Shown: positions 30,234-40,308 of the stretch, one piece after another
How positions within the stretch are numbered: position 1 is the stretch's first letter
Layout of the letters: every line of letters starts with the position of its first letter
Virus genome (UHGV): UHGV-0120405
DNA length: 42,780 nucleotides
Reading direction: 5' to 3' (one strand)
Source of the DNA: a virus
Notes under the pieces: model-generated
The model's input: the letters and a program-made list of their open reading frames with translations, nothing else
What the model was told of the DNA's origin: nothing
Database searches by the model: none
Translations under genes and position numbers: made by a program

Positions 30234-32240
30234 TTGGCAAGTGCAAGTGATGTTGTTAAAATTGCAAATCAAGAAGCTACTTTAGCAATAAAAGGTAGAC
30301 CGAACAAGTATACCCGCTGGTATGGGTTCACTGATGAATGGTGTGCTATGTTCGTTTCTTGGTGCCTAAATCAAGCGGGTGTTCCTACATCAATAGCTCC
30401 AAAAACGGCGGCAGTATCGGGCTTCCTTGATTTTGCTAAGAAAAATAATAGATACTATTCAAAAACCTCAGGTTATAAGCCAAAGCCAGGCGATATTATG
30501 ATACAAAAAAATGGCTGTAGCCATACAGGACTTGTTGTTTCAGCTAGCGGAAATTCATTTACTACTGTTGAAGGTAATAGTAGTAATGCTGTTAAAACAA
30601 GAAACTATACTCTTTCATCTAATGAGTTGTCGGGCTTTTTTTCTCCGGCGTATAGTGCTGAAAGTGCTTCTCCAGCTACTATACCTACAAAAACAATAAC
30701 ATTACCCAGTGGATTGGGTAGTGTTTTTACCTATATGGGTTGGCAATTAATTACTTCAAAGACATCAGTACAGTATAAGCTTAGGTCCCAAGCCGGACAA
30801 AATTTCGATAGCGAAGGCTTTGGTATTATAAATGGTCGATATGTTGTTGCGTGTACAACAACATATGGTAGTGTAGGCGACTACATTGATGTGTATCAAA
30901 GTAATGGAAATGTGCTTAAATGTATCATAGGCGACATTAAAAATCAAAATGATGCTGGTTGTAATAAATGGGGTCATTTGAGTGGTAAATGTGTAATTGA
31001 GTTTGTTGTTGATAAATCAAAATGGTACAATCCCAAACATGCAAATCCTGGTACTTCTAGTTGCCACCCTGAATGGGGAGCTAAAACAATAACTAAAATT
31101 GTGAACTTAGGTAGTTATTTTAGTGGCGCAAGTGCAGATGGTGGAATGTATGAAAGTGATACTAAAAAGAAAGATAAAGTTGATTTATGTTCTACATCCG
31201 TTATAAGTGTAGTAAATGTTGCAGGAACATTAAACGATAATGCTTATATAAATATTCAAGGAAATAAAGACGCTCGTTATGAGTTACATATAATAAACAA
31301 AGGAGTAGATTATCAACCATTAGTTGTTGGAGAAGTAACTTGGACTACAGAATGGAAAGATGCAGCAGGTAAGTTAGAATTTACTGTTTTAAAGGACCCA
31401 GCATTAGATATACAAGAAGGTAATGTTGTAGCATTTTTAAAAAATGGTGTTGGTGTTTTTTATGGTTATTTATTTAGTAAGTCAAGAAGTAAAGGTAAAG
31501 AAATCAACTGTACTGCTTATGACCAATTAAGATATTTAAAAAACAAAGATACTTACTGCTATAAAAACAAGACTTTAAGAGATGTAATTATAATGATTGC
31601 TATTGACTATAGATTAAAAGTAAGTCAAAGCAAACTTGTTGATACAAAGTATTCAATACCTGGTAGGGTTGAAGATAATGAAACTCTATTTGATATTATA
31701 AAAAACGCAAGAGAGCTTACCGAAAGTGCAACAGGTAATATGTATATATTTTATGATGACTATGGGTTACTATGCTTAAAGCGAATTGAAGATTTAAAAA
31801 CAGACTATTTGCTTGATGATGAAACCTGTGAAGATATGGACTATACATCTAGTATAGATGATGAAGTTTATAACCAGATACAGTTTTATAGAGATGATGA
31901 CACAACTGGTAATAGAGCAAAATATATATTCAGAAATGCTGAACTTATTAACAAGTGGGGCGTTTTACAGCTTACTTGTAAATTAGAAAAAGATGATAAT
32001 CCTGCTGCTTTTGGTAAATCAGTTCTTAAGCTTTATAGCGAAAAGAAAAGAGAGCTTACAGTAAAAGATTGTTTTGGTGATATTAGATTAAGAGCAGGTG
32101 CATCTATATACGCCAACCTAAATTTAGGTGACATTGTTTTTAAAAGCGCACAGGTAATAATAAAAAAAGCTGTACACAGATTTGGTACTAAGTATAGTTG
32201 TGATTTAACATTATTAGGAGGTAGCCCTTATGTCAGTTGA
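30234..32240 (+). CDS. baseplate hub (XkdQ-like) with N-terminal CHAP and a second putative cell-wall enzyme domain
   Basis: WCAMFVSWC, HTGLV, VEGNS (CHAP); GKLEFTV, TAYDQLRYLKNKDTY, WGVLQ (hub). Confidence 0.87.
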   Translation: MASASDVVKIANQEATLAIKGRPNKYTRWYGFTDEWCAMFVSWCLNQAGVPTSIAPKTAAVSGFLDFAKKNNRYYSKTSGYKPKPGDIMIQKNGCSHTGLVVSASGNSFTTVEGNSSNAVKTRNYTLSSNELSGFFSPAYSAESASPATIPTKTITLPSGLGSVFTYMGWQLITSKTSVQYKLRSQAGQNFDSEGFGIINGRYVVACTTTYGSVGDYIDVYQSNGNVLKCIIGDIKNQNDAGCNKWGHLSGKCVIEFVVDKSKWYNPKHANPGTSSCHPEWGAKTITKIVNLGSYFSGASADGGMYESDTKKKDKVDLCSTSVISVVNVAGTLNDNAYINIQGNKDARYELHIINKGVDYQPLVVGEVTWTTEWKDAAGKLEFTVLKDPALDIQEGNVVAFLKNGVGVFYGYLFSKSRSKGKEINCTAYDQLRYLKNKDTYCYKNKTLRDVIIMIAIDYRLKVSQSKLVDTKYSIPGRVEDNETLFDIIKNARELTESATGNMYIFYDDYGLLCLKRIEDLKTDYLLDDETCEDMDYTSSIDDEVYNQIQFYRDDDTTGNRAKYIFRNAELINKWGVLQLTCKLEKDDNPAAFGKSVLKLYSEKKRELTVKDCFGDIRLRAGASIYANLNLGDIVFKSAQVIIKKAVHRFGTKYSCDLTLLGGSPYVS

Positions 32241-32508
32241 GTTAGTTAAATTAATTAAAAGTATCGCTATGGATGCAGTTAGGGCAAGCAACCCTACGGA
32301 AGTAATTTTCGGTACTGTATCTAAAGATTATGAAAATGATGGACAGTTTGCAGTTCGTTTGTCAGAAAAGCTTGAACTCGATGAAACTTTTTGTGTTTTT
32401 GGTAGTATAAGACCAGCCAACTTAAAAAGAGGTAACAGGTTAGTAATTATTAAAATGCAAGGTGGTCAAGCTTATTATGTTGCTGATGTTATAGCTGGAG
32501 GTGATTAA
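32230..32508 (+). CDS. baseplate spike-like protein (XkdR/DUF2577-like)
   Basis: FGTV, LKRG..L.I..MQGGQ.YYV.D. Confidence 0.78.
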   Translation: MSVELVKLIKSIAMDAVRASNPTEVIFGTVSKDYENDGQFAVRLSEKLELDETFCVFGSIRPANLKRGNRLVIIKMQGGQAYYVADVIAGGD

Positions 32509-32919
32509 GTGCTACCTGAAAGTGCGAATTATGAACTTATTAGTGATTATGATGACTTAGAGCAAACAAGTATTACATATAAGTTAGATAAAGAAAATAA
32601 GCGTATTGTTGCAGTGTATGAAGATTATAAAGAAATAATACGCCAAGCAGTCTATCTTATATTAATGACAGAACGATACGATTATGCTATGTATTCCTGG
32701 AATTATGGAATTGAGCTTAACGATTTATTTGGCAGAGAAAGACAGTATGTAATACCAATGCTTATGAGCCGAATAAAAGAAGCTTTATTGCAAGATGACC
32801 GAATATTAAATGTGACTGACTTTAATTTTAGTATAAAGCATAATGTGTACAATGTCAGTTTTACGGTTGTAACTAAATATTATAATGTAGATGTGAAGGA
32901 TGTGGTATTTAATGTTTGA
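32509..32919 (+). CDS. baseplate wedge/sheath initiator (XkdS/DUF2634-like)
   Basis: TERY.Y..YSWNYGIEL, EALLQDDRI..V.DF. Confidence 0.87.
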   Translation: MLPESANYELISDYDDLEQTSITYKLDKENKRIVAVYEDYKEIIRQAVYLILMTERYDYAMYSWNYGIELNDLFGRERQYVIPMLMSRIKEALLQDDRILNVTDFNFSIKHNVYNVSFTVVTKYYNVDVKDVVFNV

Positions 32920-34078
32920 GGACTACAGTTATGACAATTTGTTGGCTGAAATGCTCTCGAATGTAGCTACAGATGTAGATAAACGCGAAGGAAGTATAAT
33001 CTTTGATACTTTATCTCCCGCTGCTCTTGAATTAGCTAATGCCTATATGGGACTTGACACAATATTGAATAATGCTTTTGCTGATTCTGCTGAAAGGGAC
33101 TATCTTGTAAAAATAGCAAAAGAAAGAGGTATTACTCCCGAAGACTCAACAAGTGCTATTTTAAAAGCAGAATTTAACTTTAATAGTAGTGACGGAAATT
33201 ATATAGGTGAAGTTGTAAGTACAGGTGATAGGTTTAATTTGGATAAAATAAACTATACCTTAGTAGCTCAGATGACTAATAATACAGATGTAGATATTAC
33301 AGTTACAGACAATGATGGTAATAATATAGTTGTAAGCAAAGGTAATATCGTTCCCGGCTGTTGGCAAATTATGTGTGATACAACTGGTGAAGAAGGTAAC
33401 AAACATTTTGGTACTCTTACACCAATAGTAACAATTTCTGGTCTTACAAAAGCAGAAATAACTGAATTAATAATTCCTGGCGAAGAGGAAGAAGATACTG
33501 AAACATTTAGACAAAGATATTTTGATAGTATAAATTCTGATGCTTTTGGTGGTAATCGTGCAAACTATATTAAATGGGTAAAAGAAATGGAAGGCGTTGG
33601 ACAAGTAAAAGCTAACAGAACACCAAATGGCGGAGGTACTGTAGAAATTATTATAACAGATAGTGAAGGAAGTCCAGCATCAGATGAGCTTATAAATAGT
33701 GTAAAGGAAAAACTGGACCCAGCAGACAGCACAGGCTTGGGCGAAGGTATTGCACCAATTGGGCATAGTGTAACAGTGAATACAGTTAAATATGTTAGTA
33801 AAGATATATATTTTAACGATGTAGAATATACAGAAAATGCTGACAAAGATGCTATAAAGTTGGCAGTAGAAAATATTTTATCAGAGTATGCTAATGAAAT
33901 AAATTCGGATTGGGAGAACCGAACAACTAAAAAAATATATGCTGCACAAATACTTGCAAGATGTATTGATGTAGATGGTATAGAAAATATAGAAAATGTT
34001 GACATAGAAGATAGTTCATACATTACTCTTAACGAAAAACAATTAATTGCGTTTGAAATAGGTGGTGGACTTGAATGA
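32912..34078 (+). CDS. baseplate J protein (XkdT-like)
   Basis: DKREGS, GEEEEDTE.FRQR, GGN...Y..W, G.APIGH.VTV. Confidence 0.92.
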   Translation: MFEDYSYDNLLAEMLSNVATDVDKREGSIIFDTLSPAALELANAYMGLDTILNNAFADSAERDYLVKIAKERGITPEDSTSAILKAEFNFNSSDGNYIGEVVSTGDRFNLDKINYTLVAQMTNNTDVDITVTDNDGNNIVVSKGNIVPGCWQIMCDTTGEEGNKHFGTLTPIVTISGLTKAEITELIIPGEEEEDTETFRQRYFDSINSDAFGGNRANYIKWVKEMEGVGQVKANRTPNGGGTVEIIITDSEGSPASDELINSVKEKLDPADSTGLGEGIAPIGHSVTVNTVKYVSKDIYFNDVEYTENADKDAIKLAVENILSEYANEINSDWENRTTKKIYAAQILARCIDVDGIENIENVDIEDSSYITLNEKQLIAFEIGGGLE

Positions 34079-34596
34079 AATACATAGAATACTACCCACT
34101 TGTATTAAGAGAAGTTTATGAAATACAAATTATTAGCAATATTCTTGATAAATTCTTAAATGAATTTGAAGAAAATAAAAATAATCTTATAAGCGAACTT
34201 TATCTTAGTACAGCAACTGGTGTAGGGCTTGAAATATGGGAAAATGCGTTAGATATTGAAGTTACAGATACAAGTGCTGATGTAAGACGATTTAAAATAA
34301 GAAGTAAGTTACTAGGAGATAATACAAGCTTAAGAACTAAATTAGATACCCTAATTGGTAAGGATAAGTATAGAATATCTATTGACCCTATTAATTGTCA
34401 TGTTATTTTTAATTTAGAGTTATCTGCACAGAATCTTAAAAATGCAGTTGCAGAATTACTAGAAAAAGTATTACCCTTAAACCTTACATATGAAATAAAC
34501 CTTGCATATAATAAGCATGCTGATTTAGCATCATATCAACATAAAGAGCTTAACAACTATACACATAAAGAATTAAATGCTAAAAAATTGAGGTGA
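34075..34596 (+). CDS. baseplate wedge protein (XkdU/DUF2313-like)
   Basis: TAT..GL..WE, RRF.I..K, LP.NL. Confidence 0.82.
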   Translation: MKYIEYYPLVLREVYEIQIISNILDKFLNEFEENKNNLISELYLSTATGVGLEIWENALDIEVTDTSADVRRFKIRSKLLGDNTSLRTKLDTLIGKDKYRISIDPINCHVIFNLELSAQNLKNAVAELLEKVLPLNLTYEINLAYNKHADLASYQHKELNNYTHKELNAKKLR

Positions 34597-34600
34597 TTAA

Positions 34601-35608
34601 ATGTCAACAAAAACAGAAAATTATAATTTAACAAAGCCTGCTCAAACAGACTATTATAATGTAGACGATTTTAATAATAATTTTGATATTATTGACGAGG
34701 TCATAAATAAGATTGCCAAAGAAAATGCTAACTTACCTGTGAGTAAAACTGTCGTTCAGACTAGAACTTTATCAACAAATAGTATTTTAAAAGGAAGTCA
34801 TATTATTGTTGCTGAAAAAGGTCATTATAGTAACGGTTCAGCACTTATAATTGTTGAAGCTTCTGGCTCACTAAAGCATCATTCTCTTGTATTGGCAGTT
34901 AGTACAAGTTTTAACTCAAATGAAAAAACTATTACTTGTTTAAGTAATGCTGCCTATGCTACTCAGCTTTTTTCTAAGGCTTCTGTAGAAACAGTATGGG
35001 CTGCAAATTCTCATAAAGTGTACTTAACATTAAATACAGATGTATTAAACTCTGTCAATGATAGTGTTGCACTTACAATAACAGTAATATCTTCGGCTTG
35101 GTCAAGCTGTGCTAAATTATTATCTAGTTCAGAAACAACTGATACTGATAAAATCAATAATACTAAAAGCATAACTTTAACAAGAGGAAAAACAAGCTTA
35201 GATGTAGATACAAGTAAATTTTTCCCTATAAGTGGCGGTCAAATAAATGGTGATTTAATAGCAAGAGCAATAATTGCAAATGATAAATTATACTCAAGGG
35301 CATTAGAAGTGTTTGGAAAAACAAATGATAATACATCAACAAATCAAGGTGGATATGTAGATTTTCACCATAACCAGGGCATAAACACTGACCAAACGGC
35401 AGGTGCTACAAATGATTATACAGCTAGAATAATTGAAGAAAGTCCAGGCTCATTAAATATTAAAGCAGGTCCAAATTTAACAGCTCAACTTAGTGTAGAT
35501 GGTAGCGAAGTATATACTAACGCAAGAATTATGACGCGTACAGAAGATAATGTTACAGCCGGAGTATCACCGTTAAGTAGCGGCAATATTATTCTAATAA
35601 TTGAATAA
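34601..35608 (+). CDS. tail fibre protein
   Basis: N-terminal T.NYNL.KP...DYYNVDDFN.NFDIID anchor; position after the baseplate genes. Confidence 0.78.
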   Translation: MSTKTENYNLTKPAQTDYYNVDDFNNNFDIIDEVINKIAKENANLPVSKTVVQTRTLSTNSILKGSHIIVAEKGHYSNGSALIIVEASGSLKHHSLVLAVSTSFNSNEKTITCLSNAAYATQLFSKASVETVWAANSHKVYLTLNTDVLNSVNDSVALTITVISSAWSSCAKLLSSSETTDTDKINNTKSITLTRGKTSLDVDTSKFFPISGGQINGDLIARAIIANDKLYSRALEVFGKTNDNTSTNQGGYVDFHHNQGINTDQTAGATNDYTARIIEESPGSLNIKAGPNLTAQLSVDGSEVYTNARIMTRTEDNVTAGVSPLSSGNIILIIE

Positions 35609-35621
35609 GGGGGCAACATAA

Positions 35622-36179
35622 ATGGCTGTTTATAGCGGTGATAGCAACAATATTTCAAGAAATGTTACAAGTATATATGTTGGTGATGTAAACAATAAAG
35701 CTCGTAAAGTGCTAAAGATGTATGTTGGTGACGCGAGTAATAAAGCACAACTTGTTTTTGAAGATAAAAGAGATTTTACTAATCTTAATTTCAAACTTAC
35801 AGAATTTAATGAAGCAACCGGTGGTGATTTAACTCTTAATAAAACATACACTGCAATACCTAGAATGTGGAATACTAAAGCTGCTTTAAATTCATCAGCT
35901 TCATTTGTATCAGCAAAACTTAGACTACGCTCAAATGATGTAATTAAGTGCGTATATGATGTATCTGTACCGGATGGTTGCAAAGAGTATGATGTGTCTA
36001 TTTGGTTGTTATCAAACGGCACAAATATTGTGCATAAAAGCTTAAATTCTAAAGAAAAAACTTGGGAAATAAAATCAAGTTTAAAAGATATTTCTTTTAG
36101 AATAAATCTTTATGGTGATAAGTCTGGAGTCACATTAAATTCTTGTGCTATATACATAAATGATACACAAATTTTGTAA
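35622..36179 (+). CDS. putative fibre-tip/receptor-binding protein
   Basis: N-terminal IYVGD.NNKARKV.K.YVGD repeat; beta-rich C-terminus. Confidence 0.55.
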   Translation: MAVYSGDSNNISRNVTSIYVGDVNNKARKVLKMYVGDASNKAQLVFEDKRDFTNLNFKLTEFNEATGGDLTLNKTYTAIPRMWNTKAALNSSASFVSAKLRLRSNDVIKCVYDVSVPDGCKEYDVSIWLLSNGTNIVHKSLNSKEKTWEIKSSLKDISFRINLYGDKSGVTLNSCAIYINDTQIL

Positions 36180-36196
36180 AAAAAAAGAGGTGCTAG

Positions 36197-36562
36197 ATGA
36201 AAGAATTAATACAAAGTTATTGGCTAGATTTATTATTTGCAATTTTTACAGGCTTTTTAGGACTATGCTACAAAGGCTTGAAAAAAGAGCTTATGAAAAA
36301 AATAAAAGAACAAGATGCAGTAAAAGAGGGTGTGGTAGCACTATTAAGGCAAGCTCTGTATGACTCATATAATAAGTGGACTGAAAGAGGTTATTGCCCT
36401 ATCTATGCAATGGAAGTTTCAACAAGAATTTATGAACAATATCATGCTTTGGGTGGTAATGATGTTGGTACAGAACTTTATGAGAGACTTAAAGAGCTAC
36501 CAACAGAGGCTTTAACTGAGAATAAAATTATAAGTGATAATAAATATTTAAAAGAGAATTAA
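36197..36562 (+). CDS. lysis-module membrane protein (holin/antiholin-like)
   Basis: One TM helix; YEQYHALGGN motif; precedes the holin. Confidence 0.65.
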   Translation: MKELIQSYWLDLLFAIFTGFLGLCYKGLKKELMKKIKEQDAVKEGVVALLRQALYDSYNKWTERGYCPIYAMEVSTRIYEQYHALGGNDVGTELYERLKELPTEALTENKIISDNKYLKEN

Positions 36563-36575
36563 GGAGGTTGAAAAT

Positions 36576-36764
36576 ATGAAAAATTGGTTTAAAGCAGCTG
36601 CTATAAGAGCAATCAAGACTATGGCACAAACTGCTATAGCTACAATAGGTACTGCTGCTGTTTTAAATGATGTGAATTGGATTGCTGTTATATCAGCTAC
36701 AATTCTTGCTGGTGGATTATCTATGCTAACCTCAATCGCAGGTTTACCTGAAGTAAAGGAGTGA
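36576..36764 (+). CDS. holin, r1t family
   Basis: RAIKTMAQTA...V.W...LTSIAGLPEV. Confidence 0.9.
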   Translation: MKNWFKAAAIRAIKTMAQTAIATIGTAAVLNDVNWIAVISATILAGGLSMLTSIAGLPEVKE

Positions 36765-36768
36765 TAAT

Positions 36769-37500
36769 ATGAATATTATTAAAGCATTTGGAACTACTAA
36801 TACAGATTATTATTCAAAAACATTACAAAGAAAGTACATAGTTCTACATTATACAGCAGGTACTAGGAGTGTAAAAGGTTCTGCTAGAAATGTAGCTAGT
36901 ATGTTTAAGAATGGTAGTGTTGGTGGTAGTGCTGACTTCATTGTAGATGATTCAGAGATTGTGCAGTACAACAGTGACATTTCTCATAGAGCTTGTTGGG
37001 CTGTTGGTGGCAAAAAGTACACATCTATGACAACAAGTGAAGGCGGAAAATATTATGGTATCTGTACTAACTCTAACAGTATTAGTATTGAAATGTGTAG
37101 CAATAAGCTTAATACTAAGAAATTAGGGGCAACAGATACCGATTGGTATTTGACTGAAGCCACTATCAACAATGCTGTAGAGCTTACTAAATACCTTATG
37201 AAACAGTATAACATAGCAGTAGAAAATGTAATAATGCACCACCAAGTGACAGGCAAAATCTGTCCTAACCCTTGGTGTGTAGACAAAAGTAGATTGAGTA
37301 AGTGGAATGATTTTAAAAATAGATTAGTAGCTAAGGGGGAGCAGATTATGAAGCAAAATGTTAAAATAAATGGTAAGGTAAAAAGTCTTGACACAATTAA
37401 TAAAGATGGTTATACTTACATTAAAGTAAGAGACTTATCTGATATTTTTAATATTGGATATAATAAAGAAACCAAGCTAATAACATTGAGTGTTAAATAG
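36769..37500 (+). CDS. endolysin, N-acetylmuramoyl-L-alanine amidase (Amidase_2)
   Basis: YIVLHYTA, NSNSISIEMC, MHHQVTGKICP. Confidence 0.92.
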   Translation: MNIIKAFGTTNTDYYSKTLQRKYIVLHYTAGTRSVKGSARNVASMFKNGSVGGSADFIVDDSEIVQYNSDISHRACWAVGGKKYTSMTTSEGGKYYGICTNSNSISIEMCSNKLNTKKLGATDTDWYLTEATINNAVELTKYLMKQYNIAVENVIMHHQVTGKICPNPWCVDKSRLSKWNDFKNRLVAKGEQIMKQNVKINGKVKSLDTINKDGYTYIKVRDLSDIFNIGYNKETKLITLSVK

Positions 37501-37515
37501 TATAAAGACCTATAT

Positions 37516-37710
37516 GTTAGATACAGGTTAGTAACAAAAATACTTAAAAAGCACATAAAATAAGGGTGTTGAACTATCAAAGAGATAATTCAAGAGCAAA
37601 AATCAATCCCACAAATACAAGGTTTTTCCTGTATTTGTGGGATTTTTCTTTTTGTCCGTTTTTATGAAATTTTGTCTGTTAGTAACAAGTTAGTAACAAG
37701 TTAGTAACAA
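37516..37710. other. attP: arm repeats and core inverted repeat
   Basis: GTTAGTAACAA at 37527, 37678, 37689 and 37700 (variant at 37516) flank TTGAACTATC-AAAGA-GATAATTCAA (37569-37593); adjacent to the integrase 3' end. Confidence 0.8.
37605..37653 (+). terminator. rho-independent terminator inside attP
   Basis: AATCCCACAAATACA/TGTATTTGTGGGATT 15-bp stem followed by a T tract. Confidence 0.82.
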
Positions 37711-37734
37711 AAATCAATAGCTTTTTCAAAACTA

Positions 37735-38790
37735 TTATATTCTATTAATTGCGTCAAGTTTAGTATTAAGGTCAAGATGCGTATAAACAGCTTGTGTAAC
37801 ATTTTGTCCTTTATGACCAACTATTTTTTGTATTATTCTTTCATCAACACCTGCTTCTGTCAACAACGATACACAAGTGTGTCTTGTACAATGCGGAGTA
37901 TATTTTTCTAAAGATAAACTATTCATTAATGGTATCCAATATGAATCATAATAATTACGATATGTAAAAGGTTGTTCATCTGGTGTACAAATTAAATAAT
38001 CACATTTTTTCTGCATCCAGTGTTCAAAAAAAGGAACGATTTTTTCTGCTATTGGAACTTCTCTAATACCTGCATCAGTTTTTGATTCTTTTACATAAAA
38101 CCATCTATCCTCTAAATGAACATCTGCCTTTTTCAAATCAAGCATTTCACCTATTCTAACACCAGTATATATAAGCATAAGAATAACAGATAAATACTCA
38201 TTTGATTTTTCAGCAGACCATAAACTCTTAATTGCTTTTTTAGTAAAAGGTTTTCTATCATAAGCATTTGGGTTTCCGGGTTTACTTATGTCAACATATC
38301 TAACCATATCTCTTTTATCCGGTGTAACAATTTCATTAATAATCGCATAATCATACATAAGACCAAATAATATTTTAAGTTTTTTCAATGTTGGTGTATT
38401 TTTTCCTGATTCGTCCACAACTTTTTGCAAATGAGCTAGTTTTATATCAACAAATTTCATATCTTTTATTTTGTCACAAAGTTTATATGATGCTTTATAA
38501 CCTTTAACATTAGATTCAGAAACTTTTTCAAAATGAATTTCTGACCATTTTTCATATACTTCTTTAAAAGTTATTGTGTTGATATGTAAATCATAAGGGT
38601 CCTCATTAAATGCTGCAAGTGCTTGAAGTGCTTCTGTCCTACTTTCATAATATCCTATAAATTTATAAACAGGATATGATTTCATCTTTTCAGGTACTTG
38701 TTTCCAACCAACTGTCTTTCGTGCTGCCCAAGGTTTTCTTCTTTTCCCTGATAACTTGTAAACTGAACCATAAGAATTTGGTAATTTCAT
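37735..38790 (-). CDS. int: tyrosine integrase
   Basis: TGVRIGE (R), KT.AG.R, HCTRHT (HxxR), VGH, Y; N-terminal arm-binding LPN.YGSV..LSG.RR.P. Confidence 0.95.
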   Translation of the reverse strand: MKLPNSYGSVYKLSGKRRKPWAARKTVGWKQVPEKMKSYPVYKFIGYYESRTEALQALAAFNEDPYDLHINTITFKEVYEKWSEIHFEKVSESNVKGYKASYKLCDKIKDMKFVDIKLAHLQKVVDESGKNTPTLKKLKILFGLMYDYAIINEIVTPDKRDMVRYVDISKPGNPNAYDRKPFTKKAIKSLWSAEKSNEYLSVILMLIYTGVRIGEMLDLKKADVHLEDRWFYVKESKTDAGIREVPIAEKIVPFFEHWMQKKCDYLICTPDEQPFTYRNYYDSYWIPLMNSLSLEKYTPHCTRHTCVSLLTEAGVDERIIQKIVGHKGQNVTQAVYTHLDLNTKLDAINRI

Positions 38791-38821
38791 TTATTTCATC
38801 CTTTCTTTTTTGCGGATGAAA

Positions 38822-38920
38822 TGGTATAATTATATTGGTGATATTGGTAACCATTTCATCCATCCGATTTGGTTTCCATCCTGACCTCTGATTGTTGGTA
38901 GCAATCGGAGGTCTTTTTTT
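38822..38920 (+). promoter_or_regulatory. putative short transcript antisense to the integrase leader, with terminator
   Basis: Extended -10 TGGTATAAT 38822-38830; hairpin GACCTCTGATTG-TTGGTAG-CAATCGGAGGTC followed by T7. Confidence 0.5.
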
Positions 38921-38958
38921 ATAGCAAATACCCAAAATGGGAATGTGCTTACAAATTT

Positions 38959-39200
38959 AAAAGTTCAACATAGTCATAAATCTTGAACCGCCTGAAAGGC
39001 TGTAATTTACTAGGTTTTTTAAATAAGCGGTTCAAGATGTACGGTTCTATATATATTATAGATATTTTTTAGAGAAACATAAAATTTTAATGATTTTATA
39101 TTTTAATATATCCTTAACTTAAAAACATCTTGAACCATCTTGAACCACCGCATAAAATCAAGGGTTACATCTTGAACCGTATCTTGAACCTATCTTGAAC
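38959..39200. repeat. origin-like region, copy B (inverted)
   Basis: 38959-39146 is the exact reverse complement of 14370-14557; three more ATCTTGAAC units follow up to 39200. Confidence 0.88.
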
Positions 39201-39765
39201 TTTTACAGTTATCTATGTATCTAGTAAATTGTTTATACACTCGCTTTTCAAGTGGGTGTCTGTTAAACATATTCCTTTTTTCTAGTTCTAATAGCCTTTC
39301 GTATCGTATTTTGGCTGATTGTTCAGATACATTACATATTCTACTAATATCTTCAAAAGATTTAATATCTAAGCTATGTAGCACAGTAGCAGGCATTAAT
39401 ATATCTCTTGCAAACACATTGGCTTGCATTTCAAATATATCCATACCGTCAAAATCTTTTTCTGAATTTCGATTATATGTCTTTCCAAACTTTAAATGAC
39501 CTAGCAGGCAATGACCTAATTCGTGGGCTAGAGTAAATCTAATTCTAGCTTTAGGTTTATTGTCATTATAGTAAATTACATTTACACCATTTACATTAAG
39601 ACTAAACCCATCTCCTGTTAGATTTTGCTTGCTATCACTATATTTTAGTATAGTGATGTTGTTTAATCTTGCTATAGTAGCAAGATTGATTGGTAGGCTT
39701 GTTATATTACATTTTATTAAAGTTTCCCAAGCCTTATTTCTAGCTATCTCATAATCGTGATACAT
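39190..39765 (-). CDS. ImmA/IrrE-family metallopeptidase
   Basis: RFTLAHELGH, EMQANVFARDILMP; downstream of the repressor. Confidence 0.92.
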   Translation of the reverse strand: MYHDYEIARNKAWETLIKCNITSLPINLATIARLNNITILKYSDSKQNLTGDGFSLNVNGVNVIYYNDNKPKARIRFTLAHELGHCLLGHLKFGKTYNRNSEKDFDGMDIFEMQANVFARDILMPATVLHSLDIKSFEDISRICNVSEQSAKIRYERLLELEKRNMFNRHPLEKRVYKQFTRYIDNCKSSR

Positions 39766-39852
39766 ATTACCACTCCTTTCCTATAACAGTATAGAAAAGA
39801 AGTAGTAATATATCATTAGTAGGTTAATTCCATTAATGGAATATTATGTAAA

Positions 39853-40308
39853 CTATAAATCATCAGGTGGAATATAGTTTTTCATATCATCTTCAACATC
39901 AGACTTTTTAATGTCAACAGCCTTGTTACTATCACCTCTAGCAGCAACCAATGTTATTTGTTGTTCATTAATAGATTTATTTAACTCACTTGAATATTTG
40001 TCTTTTGCCATATCAAGTGTTTGCAAAATATAATTCTGTCCGTCTGGATTTAAAGACCTAAACGATTGAACAACATCAAATTCTGCTTTATTACATTTTA
40101 GTATGTATTCACCATAAACAAGATAATCAAGAGTCACATTAAAAAAGTCAGCAATTTTCTTTAATGTAGATAATCCGACATTTTCGGTTCCCCTCGTGTA
40201 AAAATTTTTTAGTGTAGTGTATGGGATGTTACTTTCTTTTGATAGAACACTTATATTTTTAATATTGTTTTTTAACATAAGTTGTTCCAGATTGTCTAAA
40301 AAATTCAT
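39853..40308 (-). CDS. XRE/CI-like repressor (ImmR-type)
   Basis: HTH with TLKKIADFFNVTLDYL; ATG 40308 after RBS GGAGGTG. Confidence 0.9.
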   Translation of the reverse strand: MNFLDNLEQLMLKNNIKNISVLSKESNIPYTTLKNFYTRGTENVGLSTLKKIADFFNVTLDYLVYGEYILKCNKAEFDVVQSFRSLNPDGQNYILQTLDMAKDKYSSELNKSINEQQITLVAARGDSNKAVDIKKSDVEDDMKNYIPPDDL

